DNA of 64,000 nucleotides from Azolla caroliniana (Eukaryota; Plantae; Polypodiophyta). Shown in pieces: positions 62,501 to 64,000 of this stretch. The stretch spans positions 15,624,001-15,688,000 of the forward strand of contig JBHGNT010000005.1 of assembly GCA_043228905.1 (NCBI GenBank), written 5' to 3'. Numbering within the stretch: the first letter of the stretch is position 1; each line of letters starts with the position of its first letter. Made by a program: the position numbers and the translations under genes. The notes beneath the pieces are model-generated. The model was not told the origin of the DNA, did not search any database, and worked only from the letters and a program-made list of their open reading frames with translations.

Positions 62501-63014
62501 AGGTCATGAAGTGAAAAATCTCTATAAGTTTAATACATTCAAATTTTGGTATTAACCATGATAAGAAACCTATATACTAAGACAAATTGGATTATTGTTG
62601 GATGTGGTGAACAAACAAAAGGTTGACAATAGACCTCAAAAGTACTTGTTGGTTAAGACAACAACAAGAGCTACTATGATGAACAAATCCAAGGTAAAAT
62701 CCATGCATCAAGCAATATCGAGCTGTCTTTTAAAAGTGCATTTAGAAAAACCTAATCACAAATTGTTGTTCCTATTATATGATACCCAATATACAACATT
62801 ATGTTGCAAAGTAAGCCTTGTTAACCACTTTGTGAAAGGTCACAGAGTTGTTGATTTACTTTATGTGAGAACTTTATGCACAAGGTCATGAAGTGAAAAA
62901 TCTCTATAAGTTTAATACATTCAAATTTTGGTATTAACCATGATAAGAAACCTATATGCTAAGACAAACTGGATTATTGTTGGATGTGGTGAACAAACAA
63001 AAGGTTGACAGTAG
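62501..63014. repeat. 382-bp tandem repeat (about 1.3 copies), inverted relative to 45841-46822
   Basis: AGGTCATGAAGTGAAAAATC at 62501 and 62883; reverse complement of the left array. Confidence 0.95.
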
Positions 63015-63569
63015 GCTAGAGAAACACATTTAGTTGGTTATACATGACAAAACATTACGTGGACATAAAAATATTTGCAATGGAATCAAAGGGGATGGCT
63101 TTTCGTTCCAAAAGTTTCAGTTGATCATTTTGAAAGTCTTCATGAAAAATTAGACGAGTCTGAAGGCGTGGAGCTAGAAAATCAACGATTCCCTAATTTG
63201 ACCTTCTTATTTGTATTGAATTCTTAGCTTCCCTATACCATGTTTTAGTTGGCCTTATCTTCAACCTGAGTAATATTCTTATGAATGCCAGAGTTATTGC
63301 GCACATTACAAATATTACTCAGTATCAAGCAAAGCAGAAACCTGGGATTAGTTTGTAGCCTTTGATACGAATGATGAACATTCAATTCATGAATATCTTG
63401 AATCCATTTTGTGTAGGGGGGACTCTAGTTCGATAATTTCTTGGCATGAGGGGACTTATATCAAACCCAAGTGGTCAAGTGATGGATTTACCTATGTGGG
63501 CAAACTTCCGTGAAGGCTAGATATATGACATGTAGGTTTGTTGAAGTTGTTCAACACATCTTTTTTTTT

Positions 63570-63890
63570 GTCTTCAAAAAGATTGTAAAATTCAAGAAGA
63601 ATGCCAAAATGCATGAAGCCAACACAACAAGTTGAAACCTTGTTTCAAACACTCGAAGAAAATTCATGGTTCTCTTTGAATCTTCATTTAAAATTGCCCA
63701 TAGTGCCAATATGGGTTCACAAATCATATCATTAGACCACGTAGACCAAAACTGTTGAGCCCACTTGTTTTACCTTGCAAATTTGATAACAGACCCACCA
63801 TGTAACCTTGCAAATTGAAAGACAAATCTCGTGAACCAGCTACAAATGCACCCAACAGTAGGATTTTGACACTCGCAATAACATATCTCT
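63570..63890 (-). pseudogene. Fragment of a nucleotide-sugar transporter gene (SLC35D/UTR-like), no introns seen
   Basis: SVKILLLGAFVAGSRDLSFNLQGY...GKTSGLNSFGL, then after a frameshift ICEPILALWAILNED...VVLASCILAFFLNFTIFL; has an internal deletion. Confidence 0.75.
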
Positions 63891-64000
63891 TATTGATGCC
63901 ATGCCAATTATATTCATAGCATCCACTAGCAATAAACCTATCATTCTCACTCATATCCTGCCAATAAGATCTGGATATGTATCTTTTGTCCAATAATATT

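Overview
Eukaryotic land-plant DNA, most likely from a non-seed plant (inference from the element types). It is a dense nest of retrotransposons around one intact host gene. Contents: (1) three related non-chromovirus Ty3/Gypsy elements (1-6330 -, 8567-16964 +, 36227-44611 +), each with a tRNA-Trp PBS and a fused Gag-protease ORF; (2) a non-autonomous Gypsy-derived element (7682-19568); (3) four decayed Ty1/Copia elements; (4) a full-length RTEX/CR1-like LINE (28287-32882) plus four fragments of the same family; (5) an old L1-type LINE; (6) a 382-bp tandem repeat; (7) a 10-exon USP-domain receptor-like cytoplasmic kinase gene (47666-51316 -); (8) a nucleotide-sugar-transporter pseudogene fragment. 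Most interesting signals: a 17-nt complementarity between the LINE 3'UTR and the ORF2 start codon; a conserved G_GAU_UUU slippery site plus pseudoknot placed after the protease in all three Gypsy elements; an inferred ~16-kb inversion carrying the kinase gene; 4-bp RCGT target sites; antisense tRNA-like modules inside LTRs; and a fixed-spacing motif shared by four unrelated TE families. All alignments were done by eye, with no database searches.
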